Source of the DNA: Patescibacteria group bacterium
GTDB lineage: Bacteria > Patescibacteriota > Minisyncoccia > UBA9983
Direction: 5' to 3'
DNA: 41,366 nt
Assembly (NCBI GenBank): GCA_038063695.1
Contig: JBBTUP010000015.1
Span: 1 to 41,366, forward strand
Every line of letters starts with the position of its first letter. The stretch's first letter is position 1. The notes below the pieces were generated by a model that was not told the origin of the DNA, searched no databases, and saw nothing but the letters and a program-made list of their open reading frames with translations. Of this stretch, positions 1 to 8,157 are shown in pieces. The position numbers and the translations under genes were made by a program.

Positions 1-41
1 TCACATAAATAATACAGCATAGTTTAATTTTAAGCAAATCA

Positions 42-72
42 CCCCACTTAGAAGCCTTGCTTCTAAGTGGGG
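42..72. repeat. REP-1 hairpin upstream of RAYT-1 (stem CCCCACTTAGAAGC, loop CTT, stem GCTTCTAAGTGGGG)
   Basis: Perfect 14-bp inverted repeat read directly. It ends 4 nt before the TGATAAAAT -10 element of the RAYT-1 gene. Confidence 0.9.
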
Positions 73-75
73 TTT

Positions 76-84
76 TGATAAAAT
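76..84 (+). promoter_or_regulatory. Extended -10 (TGATAAAAT) of RAYT-1, 7 nt before the ATG; leaderless design
   Basis: TGnTAAAAT-like motif with no Shine-Dalgarno. The same GATAAAAT-N6/7-ATG arrangement occurs at all three RAYT genes. Confidence 0.5.
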
Positions 85-91
85 TTAAAAC

Positions 92-733
92 ATGGCCGTG
101 AGAAAAACTAAATTTGTTAATAATTATTTCTATCATATTTTTAATCGGGGAACAGATAAACGTGATATATTTCTAGATCATAATGATATTTCGAGGTTTT
201 TTCAGAGTATGAATGAATTTAATGTTATTGATCCTATAGGGAGTATTTATCAGAATTCTTTTAACTTACTTAGAAGCAAGGCTTCTAAGGATAAAAAATT
301 AGTTAATTTTGTTTGTTATTGTTTAAATCCAAACCATTATCATTTTATTCTTGAGCAAGTTGTTGATAGTGGTATAGAAAAATTTATGCAGCGTTTAGGG
401 ACAGGTTATACGAAGTTTTTTAATCATAAACATAAACGTAGCGGCACCCTTTTTCAAGGAAAATTTAAAGCTGTTCTTATAGATTCAAATGAATTTTTAT
501 TACATGTCAGTGCTTATGTAAATTTAAATGATAAAGTCCATCAACTTAGGAGTCTTAATTCTAAGTCGAGTTGGGATGAATATATTAAAAATAATTACAA
601 TAATTATAATTTTTGTAAAAAAGATGTTATCTTAGATCAATTTAACAACAGGGAAGAGTATAAAAAATTTGCAGAAGAATCATTGAAAGATATTATAGAA
701 AGAAAGGAAATGGAGAAATTTTTATTGGAGTAA
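92..733 (+). CDS. REP-associated tyrosine transposase (RAYT) / IS200-like HUH Y1 transposase family protein, copy 1
   Basis: HUH motif NPNHYHFIL, Tyr motif GTGYTKFFN, then GTLFQGKFK. Flanked on both sides by REP-1 hairpins. Confidence 0.8.
   Translation: MAVRKTKFVNNYFYHIFNRGTDKRDIFLDHNDISRFFQSMNEFNVIDPIGSIYQNSFNLLRSKASKDKKLVNFVCYCLNPNHYHFILEQVVDSGIEKFMQRLGTGYTKFFNHKHKRSGTLFQGKFKAVLIDSNEFLLHVSAYVNLNDKVHQLRSLNSKSSWDEYIKNNYNNYNFCKKDVILDQFNNREEYKKFAEESLKDIIERKEMEKFLLE
269..289. repeat. REP-1 core hairpin (CTTAGAAGC-AAG-GCTTCTAAG) inside the RAYT-1 coding sequence
   Basis: Perfect 9-bp stem, same core as 42..72 and 738..762. Read in frame as LRSKASK. Confidence 0.85.
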
Positions 734-737
734 ATTC

Positions 738-762
738 CACTTAGAAGCAAGGCTTCTAAGTG
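738..762. repeat. REP-1 hairpin downstream of RAYT-1 (CACTTAGAAGC-AAG-GCTTCTAAGTG)
   Basis: Perfect 11-bp stem. The loop AAG is the complement of the upstream copy's loop CTT, so the two flanking copies are in inverted orientation. Confidence 0.9.
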
Positions 763-808
763 TTTATAATAGAAACTGCTACAGGAAATGGGTTAAAGGA
801 GAGATAAG

Positions 809-838
809 AAGGGTCTAAATGGCCCTTTTCTTTTTTTT
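809..838 (+). terminator. Rho-independent terminator after RAYT-1
   Basis: Stem AAGGGTC/GGCCCTT (one G-U pair), loop TAAAT, followed by TTCTTTTTTTT. Confidence 0.6.
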
Positions 839-847
839 ATATGATTA

Positions 848-853
848 TATAAT
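848..853 (+). promoter_or_regulatory. TATAAT -10 box 6 nt before the pth ATG (leaderless design)
   Basis: Exact TATAAT, no SD between it and the start codon. Confidence 0.45.
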
Positions 854-859
854 ATTTTT

Positions 860-1444
860 ATGTATTACATCATAGGGCTTGGGAATCCGGGAGGGGAGTA
901 CAAAATAAGCCGGCATAATACAGGCCGGATTGTTGTTGAGAATTTTAATAAAAAGGAAGAAATCGGCGATTTTGAATTAAATAAAAAATTAAATGCCCTT
1001 ATTGCCTCTGGTAAAGCAGGCAAGGAGAATGTGGAATTGATAATGCCTGAGACATATATGAATAAATCCGGCTTAAGTTTGAGATCACTGATAACTAATA
1101 AAAAGAGAACACAGAATTTAATAGTTATCCATGATGATATTGATTTGCCTTTGGGCAAATTCAAAATATCTTTTGCCAGAGGATCAGGCGGGCACAAGGG
1201 AGTGGAGTCGGTGATAAAGAATATTAAAACCCAGGATTTTATAAGAATCCGGGTAGGTATTTCTCCAAGTACGCCTTCTGGCAAGTTAAAGAAACCAGAA
1301 GGTAAAAAAATGGTGGATTTTATAATCGGCAACTTTAAGCCAAAAGAAATTCAGGTATTAAAAAAGGTTTCCAATAAGATTTCTCAAGCCTTGAGAGTGA
1401 TTATTGACGAGGGCTTAAGCAAGGCAATGAGCCTTTTTAATTAG
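860..1444 (+). CDS. pth: Peptidyl-tRNA hydrolase
   Basis: IIGLGNPGGEYKISRHNTG and HDDIDLPLGKFK motifs typical of Pth; 194 aa. Confidence 0.9.
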   Translation: MYYIIGLGNPGGEYKISRHNTGRIVVENFNKKEEIGDFELNKKLNALIASGKAGKENVELIMPETYMNKSGLSLRSLITNKKRTQNLIVIHDDIDLPLGKFKISFARGSGGHKGVESVIKNIKTQDFIRIRVGISPSTPSGKLKKPEGKKMVDFIIGNFKPKEIQVLKKVSNKISQALRVIIDEGLSKAMSLFN

Positions 1445-2550
1445 GAATTTTTTCCTTCTTCAAGATAATTAAGAGTCAATTTATGTTCTTTTGGTTCAAA
1501 TATCACTATTTGGAATGGATAAGATTTTCCAAGTTCTAATTTTTTTCTCATTTCATCTTCTGTTTTAAATTCTGAGATGTGCACAAGTCCGGCAACGCCT
1601 TCTTCTATACTTATCAGTGCTCCGTGTTTATTGAATTTTATAACAACCCCCTTTACTATGTCTCCCTTTTTATATTTTTCAGAAACAGTAGACCACGGGT
1701 CTGGCTTTAAAGATTTAACAGATAAGGATATTTTATTGTCCTTTATATTTATAATTTGAGTTTGTATTTTCTGTCCGATTTTAAAAAGATCTCCCGGGTT
1801 TTCAACAAGCGACCAGTCTAATTCAGAAATATGCACAAGACCCTCCAGCCTCTCTTCAATCTTCACGAAGATGCCAAAATCAACTAGTCCTGTCACCTCG
1901 CACTCTAAAATGTCTCCGACTTTATATTTTGACAAGATACTTTTGATTTCTTCTGAAGCAGATTCTTTTTCAGAGAAAATAAGTTTTTTCTCTTTAGGAT
2001 TGCTGGAAATAATGATTACAGAAACTTTTCCTCCTACAAGTTTTTTTAATTCATCCAAAATTTTATCCTTATCGCCATCCTCTATTCTTGGGTAATGGTC
2101 TATTTTCAATTGAGAGGCAGGAAGAAATCCCTGGATCCCTTTGTATTCTAAAATCAAGCCTCCTTTATTTGCGTCAAAGATGAGAAGATTTAATATAGTT
2201 CCTTTTTTCTGGTCTTCCTCTATTTCTGTCCAGACTATGTCCTGCTTTGCCTCTTTAAGGGAGAGACTTACATATCCTTGTTCATTTTGCAGTTCCACCA
2301 CTTTTGCGGTTATGATATCTTCTGGCTTAAGAAGTTTGATAATATCTTTGGCATTATTAAATTCTTTGCCGTATATTATACCTGTTCCAAAGGGCTTTAA
2401 ATCAACATAAAGGTTTGATTTTTTTTGTTCAATAACCGTGCCCTCTACTAAGTCGTCAACTTTAGGAACATTGATTGGAGTATTCCTAATCAATAAATCC
2501 ATTAAGCTGGATTTTATTATAACTTGCTCTTTTTCCTTATTTTTCAGCAT
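1441..2550 (-). CDS. S1 RNA-binding domain protein (ribosomal protein S1-like, about 4 S1 repeats)
   Basis: Repeated G.V..V..FG.FV.....EGL.H.SE-type S1 motifs (GLVDFGIFVKIEERLEGLVHISEL, HGALISIEEGVAGLVHISEF). Its stop overlaps the pth stop convergently. Confidence 0.8.
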   Translation of the reverse strand: MLKNKEKEQVIIKSSLMDLLIRNTPINVPKVDDLVEGTVIEQKKSNLYVDLKPFGTGIIYGKEFNNAKDIIKLLKPEDIITAKVVELQNEQGYVSLSLKEAKQDIVWTEIEEDQKKGTILNLLIFDANKGGLILEYKGIQGFLPASQLKIDHYPRIEDGDKDKILDELKKLVGGKVSVIIISSNPKEKKLIFSEKESASEEIKSILSKYKVGDILECEVTGLVDFGIFVKIEERLEGLVHISELDWSLVENPGDLFKIGQKIQTQIINIKDNKISLSVKSLKPDPWSTVSEKYKKGDIVKGVVIKFNKHGALISIEEGVAGLVHISEFKTEDEMRKKLELGKSYPFQIVIFEPKEHKLTLNYLEEGKNS

Positions 2551-2591
2551 ATTTTATAAGTATATTGATAATTTCCTTTTTTGCAAGCATT

Positions 2592-2614
2592 TGTTCGACA
2601 TTGAATGTTGAACA
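2592..2614. repeat. REP-2 hairpin upstream of RAYT-2 (TGTTCGACATT-G-AATGTTGAACA)
   Basis: 11-bp stem with one G-T position. It lies 9 nt upstream of the TAAAAT -10 of RAYT-2. Confidence 0.85.
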
Positions 2615-2621
2615 CGAATAG

Positions 2622-2629
2622 GATAAAAT
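2622..2629 (+). promoter_or_regulatory. GATAAAAT -10 element 6 nt before the RAYT-2 ATG
   Basis: Same motif and spacing as at RAYT-1 and RAYT-3. Confidence 0.45.
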
Positions 2630-2635
2630 AAAAAC

Positions 2636-3292
2636 ATGTTAGTGACTGGAGAAATATATCATATTTTAAATAAAGGGACAGAAAATCGGATTATATTTCA
2701 AAATAAACGTGATTATGAACGATTTTTGTTAACGATTTTTGAATGCAATGATATAAATTTGTCGTCTGAAAATAGACATAGAAGATGTAAAAACAAAGAT
2801 TTTAATAAAAACAAAACTCAGCCATTGGCGGAAATTCTTTGTTTTTGTTTGATGCCTAATCATTTTCATATAGTTGCAAGGCAACTGGTTGATAATGGAA
2901 TTTCTAAATTTATGCAACGCTTAGGGAATAGTTATACTAAATATTTTAATATTAAAAATAATCGCAAGGGATCTCTTTTTATGGCGCGATATAAAAATGT
3001 TCATGTTAATAATGATTCGCAAGTTAAACATTTAATTGCTTATGTTCACGCAAACCCTCTTGATTTATCTATGCCTGAATGGAGATTAGGAAAGATAAGG
3101 GATTTTGAAAAAGCCAGAGATTTTCTTGAGAACTATAATTGGTCTAGTTATGTTTTTTATAGTCGAGGCGAAGCATCGGATTTAGTATCGCAGATTTTGA
3201 ATAAAGGTGCGCTTAATGATTTTTATTCTGAAAAAGAAGATTATTTTTATACTATTAAATCTTGGTCAGGTAGATATTTTGAGGATATTTGA
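2636..3292 (+). CDS. RAYT / IS200-like HUH Y1 transposase family protein, copy 2
   Basis: HUH MPNHFHIVA, Tyr motif GNSYTKYFN, GSLFMARYK. Flanked by REP-2 hairpins. Confidence 0.8.
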   Translation: MLVTGEIYHILNKGTENRIIFQNKRDYERFLLTIFECNDINLSSENRHRRCKNKDFNKNKTQPLAEILCFCLMPNHFHIVARQLVDNGISKFMQRLGNSYTKYFNIKNNRKGSLFMARYKNVHVNNDSQVKHLIAYVHANPLDLSMPEWRLGKIRDFEKARDFLENYNWSSYVFYSRGEASDLVSQILNKGALNDFYSEKEDYFYTIKSWSGRYFEDI

Positions 3293-3296
3293 AACC

Positions 3297-3329
3297 TGTT
3301 CAACATTGAATGTTGAACAATGTTGAACA
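3297..3329. repeat. REP-2 hairpin downstream of RAYT-2 plus an extra half-site (TGTTCAACATT-G-AATGTTGAACA + ATGTTGAACA)
   Basis: Perfect 11-bp stem immediately after the stop codon, followed by a tandem repeat of the right arm. Confidence 0.9.
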
Positions 3330-3332
3330 TTT

Positions 3333-3366
3333 TTGCAAATTGCTATTTTTTTTGCTATAATATAAT
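3333..3366 (+). promoter_or_regulatory. Sigma70-like promoter (TTGCAA-17-TATAAT, second overlapping TATAAT) 6-11 nt before the ATG at 3373
   Basis: Motifs read directly; no SD. Confidence 0.45.
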
Positions 3367-3372
3367 TATCTT

Positions 3373-4032
3373 ATGGTTATCACTTATTATGGAATTTCGT
3401 GCTTTAAAATACAGTCTGGAGAGACTGTTTTGGTTTTTGACCCGCCATCTAAGGATTTTCCTGCTTCGGATTTCGGCCTTAAAATCCCGCGCTTTCAGAC
3501 AGATATTGTTTTAATCAGCCACAATCAGCATAAAGACCACAATGGCTATGAAACTCTTCCTGGCAAGGGTGATTCTGAATATCCCTTTATTATAGATGGT
3601 CCAGGCGATTATGAGATTCAGAAAATTTCTATAAAAGGCGTAAAATCATTTCATGATTCTGAATCAGGAGAGAAATTGGGTATGAATACTATTTATGTTG
3701 TTGAAGTTGAAGGGATCAGGATTTGCCATATGGGAGATTTTGGCGAGAAAAATTTAATCAGCCAGACAAAAGAATTTTTAAGAGAAATAGATATTTTATT
3801 TATGCCTATTTTAGGGCCTAGTATGGACCCTCAAATGGCCGCGCAAATAGCAACGCAGATAGAAGCCAAGATAATCATACCGATGCATTATCATAAAGAT
3901 AAAAAAGCGCTTAAAAAATTTTTGGATGAATTTGGAAACGGTGAAAACAAGCCGGTTGAGAAACTAACCTTAAAGAAAAAAGACATTGCTGACAAAAAAG
4001 GAGAAGCTATAATTTTAACACCATGTCTTTAA
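3373..4032 (+). CDS. MBL-fold metallo-hydrolase (UPF0173-like)
   Basis: N-terminal ITYYGISCFKI, histidine cluster ISHNQHKDHNG, C-terminal PMHY; 219 aa. Confidence 0.65.
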   Translation: MVITYYGISCFKIQSGETVLVFDPPSKDFPASDFGLKIPRFQTDIVLISHNQHKDHNGYETLPGKGDSEYPFIIDGPGDYEIQKISIKGVKSFHDSESGEKLGMNTIYVVEVEGIRICHMGDFGEKNLISQTKEFLREIDILFMPILGPSMDPQMAAQIATQIEAKIIIPMHYHKDKKALKKFLDEFGNGENKPVEKLTLKKKDIADKKGEAIILTPCL

Positions 4033-4295
4033 TGGATAAAATAGAAAATTTGCGTAAAAAACCAGAACTCGTTCGCTATAGAGTTTTGATGATAAGTTTG
4101 ATTATAATGATGTCTGTTATAATATTTTTTTGGATTACGTTTTTTAAATATTCTTTAAAAAATTCTAATATCACAGATAAAGATGATTCATTAGGGCCAT
4201 TAAAGACAATTTCAGGAATGATGAGCGATTTTTCCAGGGTCTTTAAAGATAATTTTTCCAAAGTGAAGGAAAATATAGAGAATATTCAAAAATAA
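4023..4295 (+). CDS. Small membrane protein, unknown function
   Basis: One hydrophobic helix (YRVLMISLIIMMSVIIFFWITFF). Overlaps the upstream stop by 10 nt and is tightly packed before gyrA. Confidence 0.5.
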   Translation: MSLMDKIENLRKKPELVRYRVLMISLIIMMSVIIFFWITFFKYSLKNSNITDKDDSLGPLKTISGMMSDFSRVFKDNFSKVKENIENIQK

Positions 4296-4304
4296 ATTAT
4301 AAAT

Positions 4305-6782
4305 ATGGATAAAAATGATAAAGAAAAAAAAATACTTCCAATAAACATTTCTTCAGAAATGGAAAAATCATATTTGGACTATGCGATGTCTGTTATTGTG
4401 AGTCGCGCCCTACCTGATATCAGAGATGGCCTAAAACCGGTGCATAGGAGAATACTTTACACAATGCATGAGGTTGGGCTTAATCATTCCGCAAAATTTA
4501 AAAAATCAGCGGCTGTTGTAGGTGATGCTTTAAGCAAATATCATCCGCATGGCGACATTGCTTTATATGACGCAATGGCGAGAATGGCTCAAGATTTTTT
4601 AATGCGCTATCCTTTAGTTGATGGTCAAGGAAACTGGGGTTCTATAGACGGAGATTCGCCTGCTGCTTATCGTTATACAGAAGCAAGAATGACAGCCATG
4701 GCCGATGAAATGCTTAAAGATATTAATAAAGATACTGTTGATTTTAGGCCTAATTATGACAATAGATTAAAGGAGCCGATAGTTTTACCAAGCGCTATAC
4801 CTCAGCTTTTGGTAAATGGGTGTATGGGTATTGCCGTGGGTATGGCTACTAATATTCCTCCGCACAATCTTTCCGAAGTTGTTGATGCTACTATTTATTT
4901 TGCAGATAATCCTAAGGCAACCACAGAGGAATTAATGAAATTTATAAAAGGCCCTGATTTTCCTACGGGCGGGCTTATTTTCAATCCCAAAGACATTCAT
5001 CATGCGTACGCTTCAGGTCGTGGAGGTATAGTGACGCGAGGTGAGGCGGAGATTACAGAGTCAGGCAAGGGCGCTTTCCAAATAATAATTTCTTCTATAC
5101 CTTATCAAGTTAATAAATCAGAATTAATTATAAAAATGGCTGAATTAGTTAACGAGAAAAGACTGGAAGGTATAAGAGATATAAGAGACGAATCAAGCCG
5201 GGAAGGAATAAGGATTGTTGTTGAATTAAAATTAGGAATTAATCCCCAAAAAGTTTTGAATAATTTATACAGGCATATTGACCTTGAGAAAATGTATCAC
5301 TTCAATATGCTTGCCCTGGTGGATGGCGGCACTCAGCCGCAGATTCTTACTCTGAAAATGATACTGGACGAATTTATAAAACACAGGAAAATTATAGTGG
5401 AAAGAAGGGCAAAATTTGATCTGGCCAGAGCTCAAGATAGAGCCCATATCCTTGAAGGACTAAAAAGGGCCTTAGATCGCATAGACGCGGTAATCAAGAT
5501 AATAAAATCATCCAAAGATAAAGAAGCCGCACATGTTAAATTAAGAGAGAAATTTAAATTCACAGACAGACAGACAGAAGCCATTCTCGAAATGAAACTT
5601 CAGACTTTGGCTGGATTAGAAAGGCAAAAAATAGAGGATGAGTTAAAAGAAAAACAAAAATTGATAAAAGATCTTCAGGCCTTGCTTAATGACCCCAAGA
5701 AGATTCTTAAGGTTGTAAAAGACGAATTGACGGAAATTAAAGATAAATATGGCGACGAGCGTAAAACTAAAATAGTGGAGCATATGGCAAAGATAATGTC
5801 TGTTGAAGATCTGGTCCCAGAAAAAGAATCCGTCCTGGTTATTACGAAGGGCGGTTATGTCAAGCGTTCTGACCCATCTTTTTACAAATCACAAAAAAGG
5901 GGCGGAATAGGTGTTATTGATATGAGTACGAAAGACGAGGATTTTGTAACGATTTTTTTAACTGCCAATACTCATGATGATCTGCTTTTCTTTACAGATA
6001 AAGGCAAAGTCTATCAAACAAAGATGTTTGAGATACCGGAAGGCAAACGCGCAAGCAAGGGTAAATCAATTGTTAATTTTCTTTCGCTTTCCTCAGAAGA
6101 AAGAGTAACTTCAGTGCTTGTGATACCTAAGAACTTAGAAGCAAGGCTTCCACTTGGAAGCCTTGCTTCTAAGGAGACAATAGGTTTGATAATGGTTACT
6201 AAGAACGGTATAATTAAGAAAGTAGCACTTTCAAGTTTTAAAGACGTAAGAAGTAGTGGTATTATTGCTATAAGATTAAGCAAGGGAGATGAATTAATGT
6301 GGGCAAGCATTGTTTCAAAAGGAGACGATGTTATTTTGATCACAAAACAAGGACAGTCAATTCGTTTTAAGGAATCAGACGCGAGAATTATGGGAAGAAC
6401 TGCAGCAGGAGTTAGGGCCATAAGATTGAAAAAGAATGATGAATTGATAGGTACCGGAGCAATAAAGAAAAGCGAGAAAACATTATCTCTTTTGACAATG
6501 AGCAAGAATGGTTTTGGAAAGAAAACTGATATTAAAAATTATCGTCTGCAAAAAAGAGGGGGCTCTGGCATAAAGACATCAAAAATTACAAGTAAGACAG
6601 GCGAACTGATAGCAGCATATATTATTAATCCTGAATTTGAAGAGATAATCGCTATATCAAAAAAAGGTCAGGTTATAAGAACTTCTCTTTCAGGTATTCC
6701 AATGCTTGGTAGGCAGACCCAGGGAGTGCGAATTATGAAACTTAAACCAGGAGATAGTATCGCGTCGCTTACTTGTTTGTAG
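4305..6782 (+). CDS. gyrA: DNA gyrase subunit A
   Basis: [30 protein letters not shown], active-site [10 protein letters not shown] and C-terminal beta-pinwheel repeats; 825 aa. Carries the in-frame palindrome at 6134..6173. Confidence 0.97.
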   Translation: MDKNDKEKKILPINISSEMEKSYLDYAMSVIVSRALPDIRDGLKPVHRRILYTMHEVGLNHSAKFKKSAAVVGDALSKYHPHGDIALYDAMARMAQDFLMRYPLVDGQGNWGSIDGDSPAAYRYTEARMTAMADEMLKDINKDTVDFRPNYDNRLKEPIVLPSAIPQLLVNGCMGIAVGMATNIPPHNLSEVVDATIYFADNPKATTEELMKFIKGPDFPTGGLIFNPKDIHHAYASGRGGIVTRGEAEITESGKGAFQIIISSIPYQVNKSELIIKMAELVNEKRLEGIRDIRDESSREGIRIVVELKLGINPQKVLNNLYRHIDLEKMYHFNMLALVDGGTQPQILTLKMILDEFIKHRKIIVERRAKFDLARAQDRAHILEGLKRALDRIDAVIKIIKSSKDKEAAHVKLREKFKFTDRQTEAILEMKLQTLAGLERQKIEDELKEKQKLIKDLQALLNDPKKILKVVKDELTEIKDKYGDERKTKIVEHMAKIMSVEDLVPEKESVLVITKGGYVKRSDPSFYKSQKRGGIGVIDMSTKDEDFVTIFLTANTHDDLLFFTDKGKVYQTKMFEIPEGKRASKGKSIVNFLSLSSEERVTSVLVIPKNLEARLPLGSLASKETIGLIMVTKNGIIKKVALSSFKDVRSSGIIAIRLSKGDELMWASIVSKGDDVILITKQGQSIRFKESDARIMGRTAAGVRAIRLKKNDELIGTGAIKKSEKTLSLLTMSKNGFGKKTDIKNYRLQKRGGSGIKTSKITSKTGELIAAYIINPEFEEIIAISKKGQVIRTSLSGIPMLGRQTQGVRIMKLKPGDSIASLTCL
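6134..6173. repeat. REP-1-derived doublet palindrome (CTTAGAAGCAAGGCTTCCA-CT-TGGAAGCCTTGCTTCTAAG) in frame inside gyrA
   Basis: Perfect 19-bp arms with a 2-nt spacer. Each arm contains the REP-1 core GAAGC-AAG-GCTTC. Translated as [13 protein letters not shown] with no stop or frameshift. Confidence 0.9.
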
Positions 6783-6795
6783 TAAAATTGTTAGT

Positions 6796-6819
6796 TGTTA
6801 GCCACTGAGTGGCGCACAT
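6796..6819. repeat. REP-3 element (TGTTAGCCACTGAGTGGCGCACAT, hairpin GCCAC-TGA-GTGGC)
   Basis: Near-identical (22/24) to 7506..7529 in the same orientation. Overlaps the last codons and the stop of RAYT-3. Confidence 0.85.
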
Positions 6820-7475
6820 TTAGATGTATATTCTGGAAGCCAGTCTTTTAATGCTGTTTCTAATTCGTTTTTATCTTTATAAATTTCATCTATAAAATCT
6901 CGGCTAACAAACGGCATTTGATCTGTATTTAAATATTCTCTTAAACTTGACCAAGGATAATTTCGAAGAAAATTTATCGCGTCTTTTTTATTTTTCACTC
7001 CTTTTTCTTTCCAGTACTTTTCGGAACTTAAAAGTTCAAGAGAATTTAAATGTATATAGAGAGGCAAATAAAGTCTATAAGTATCGTTATCCACATGAGA
7101 TATTTTATACGATCCTTGAAACAGGTTGCCGTTTCGCGAGTTGATTTTATTGAAATAATGCGAATAACCCATTTCGTTTTTGTGCATAAGGCGTGCAATG
7201 CCATTTTCAATAAGTGGTTCAAGGAGTAGATGAAAATGATTTGGAAGCAAACAAAAAGCATGTATCTTTACAAGTGGGTCATCGGGAATTTTTTTACAAG
7301 CAGATTTAATATTATAGCGTGATAGATTACTGATAGGTTGTCGTTGAGTATTAAAAAGAATTAAATTAACAATAAATCTTTCATAATTTTTCTTATCCAA
7401 AAATATAGAACGTTTGTCTGTCCCACGATTAAAGACATGATAAAGTTCGTTATTTGTTGGTGTAAATTTTCTCAT
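6798..7475 (-). CDS. RAYT / IS200-like HUH Y1 transposase family protein, copy 3
   Basis: HUH LPNHFHLLL, Tyr motif EMGYSHYFN, GNLFQGSYK. Bracketed by REP-3 copies. Confidence 0.8.
   Translation of the reverse strand: MRKFTPTNNELYHVFNRGTDKRSIFLDKKNYERFIVNLILFNTQRQPISNLSRYNIKSACKKIPDDPLVKIHAFCLLPNHFHLLLEPLIENGIARLMHKNEMGYSHYFNKINSRNGNLFQGSYKISHVDNDTYRLYLPLYIHLNSLELLSSEKYWKEKGVKNKKDAINFLRNYPWSSLREYLNTDQMPFVSRDFIDEIYKDKNELETALKDWLPEYTSKCAPLSG
7087..7095 (+). promoter_or_regulatory. Perfect DnaA-box 9-mer TTATCCACA (inside the RAYT-3 CDS)
   Basis: Exact consensus match only. Confidence 0.25.
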
Positions 7476-7481
7476 ATTAAT

Positions 7482-7490
7482 ATTTTATCA
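7482..7490 (-). promoter_or_regulatory. Extended -10 TGATAAAAT 6 nt before the RAYT-3 ATG
   Basis: Reverse complement of ATTTTATCA. The REP-3 copy lies over the expected -35 position. Confidence 0.45.
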
Positions 7491-7505
7491 TATTTTGAAT
7501 TAGAA

Positions 7506-7529
7506 TGTTAGCCACTCGGTGGCGCACAT
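7506..7529. repeat. REP-3 element (TGTTAGCCACTCGGTGGCGCACAT) upstream of RAYT-3, followed by CGCACAT-type short repeats
   Basis: Direct copy of 6796..6819. Followed by CCGCACATCTGCATAT, with inverted ATGTGAATGTGG about 25 nt further on. Confidence 0.85.
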
Positions 7530-7581
7530 CCGCACATCTGCATATATAATATATTTAATGTGAATGTGGATTTCTTGGGTG

Positions 7582-7610
7582 TTGGTGAATAGAATCAATT
7601 AGAGTATAAT
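7582..7610 (+). promoter_or_regulatory. Promoter TTGGTG-17-TATAAT, ATG 7 nt downstream (leaderless)
   Basis: Motifs and spacing read directly. Confidence 0.55.
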
Positions 7611-7617
7611 AAAGTTA

Positions 7618-8157
7618 ATGTTTGTAAGTCCCGAGCAAATAGTAAAAAATTTAGGCATAGAGCCAGGTATGATCGTGGCTGATTTTGGGTCTGGCACTGG
7701 CCATTATACAGTTGAGGCCGCTAAGTTGGTCACAAAGGCGGGCAAAGTTTATTCCATAGATATACAGAAAGAAATGCTCCAGACGTTGAAATCGCGTTGC
7801 GAGATTAATGGTCTAGACAACGTGGAAATCATTTGGGCTGATTTGGAATTGCATGAGGGCACGCGTTTAGGCTCAGGATTAATTGACCTTGTCATAATTT
7901 CAAATATTCTTTTTCAGGTTGATGATAAAAAGGCAGTTGCTAAAGAGGCATATAGAATAATTAAAAATACAGGCAAGGTTGCTATAATAGAATGGGATAT
8001 GACAGAAAGCAAAATTGGCCCGCCTGCCAGCCAAAGGATAAGTTCAAGCGAGGCCGCGAAGATTTTTGAAGAAGCCGATTTCAGTTTTTATAAAAATTTT
8101 GAGACCGGAGACAATCATTACGGATTATTATTTAGAAAATTAGAAAAAAATGAGTAA
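7618..8157 (+). CDS. Class I SAM-dependent methyltransferase
   Basis: Motif I VADFGSGTGHYT, then the DIQ and ISNILF motifs; 179 aa. Confidence 0.8.
   Translation: MFVSPEQIVKNLGIEPGMIVADFGSGTGHYTVEAAKLVTKAGKVYSIDIQKEMLQTLKSRCEINGLDNVEIIWADLELHEGTRLGSGLIDLVIISNILFQVDDKKAVAKEAYRIIKNTGKVAIIEWDMTESKIGPPASQRISSSEAAKIFEEADFSFYKNFETGDNHYGLLFRKLEKNE

Noticed and set aside
3320-3514. 64-aa ORF overlapping the REP-2 half-site and the start of the MBL hydrolase gene
   Set aside because: It overlaps a well-supported CDS in another frame and begins inside the repeat and promoter region.
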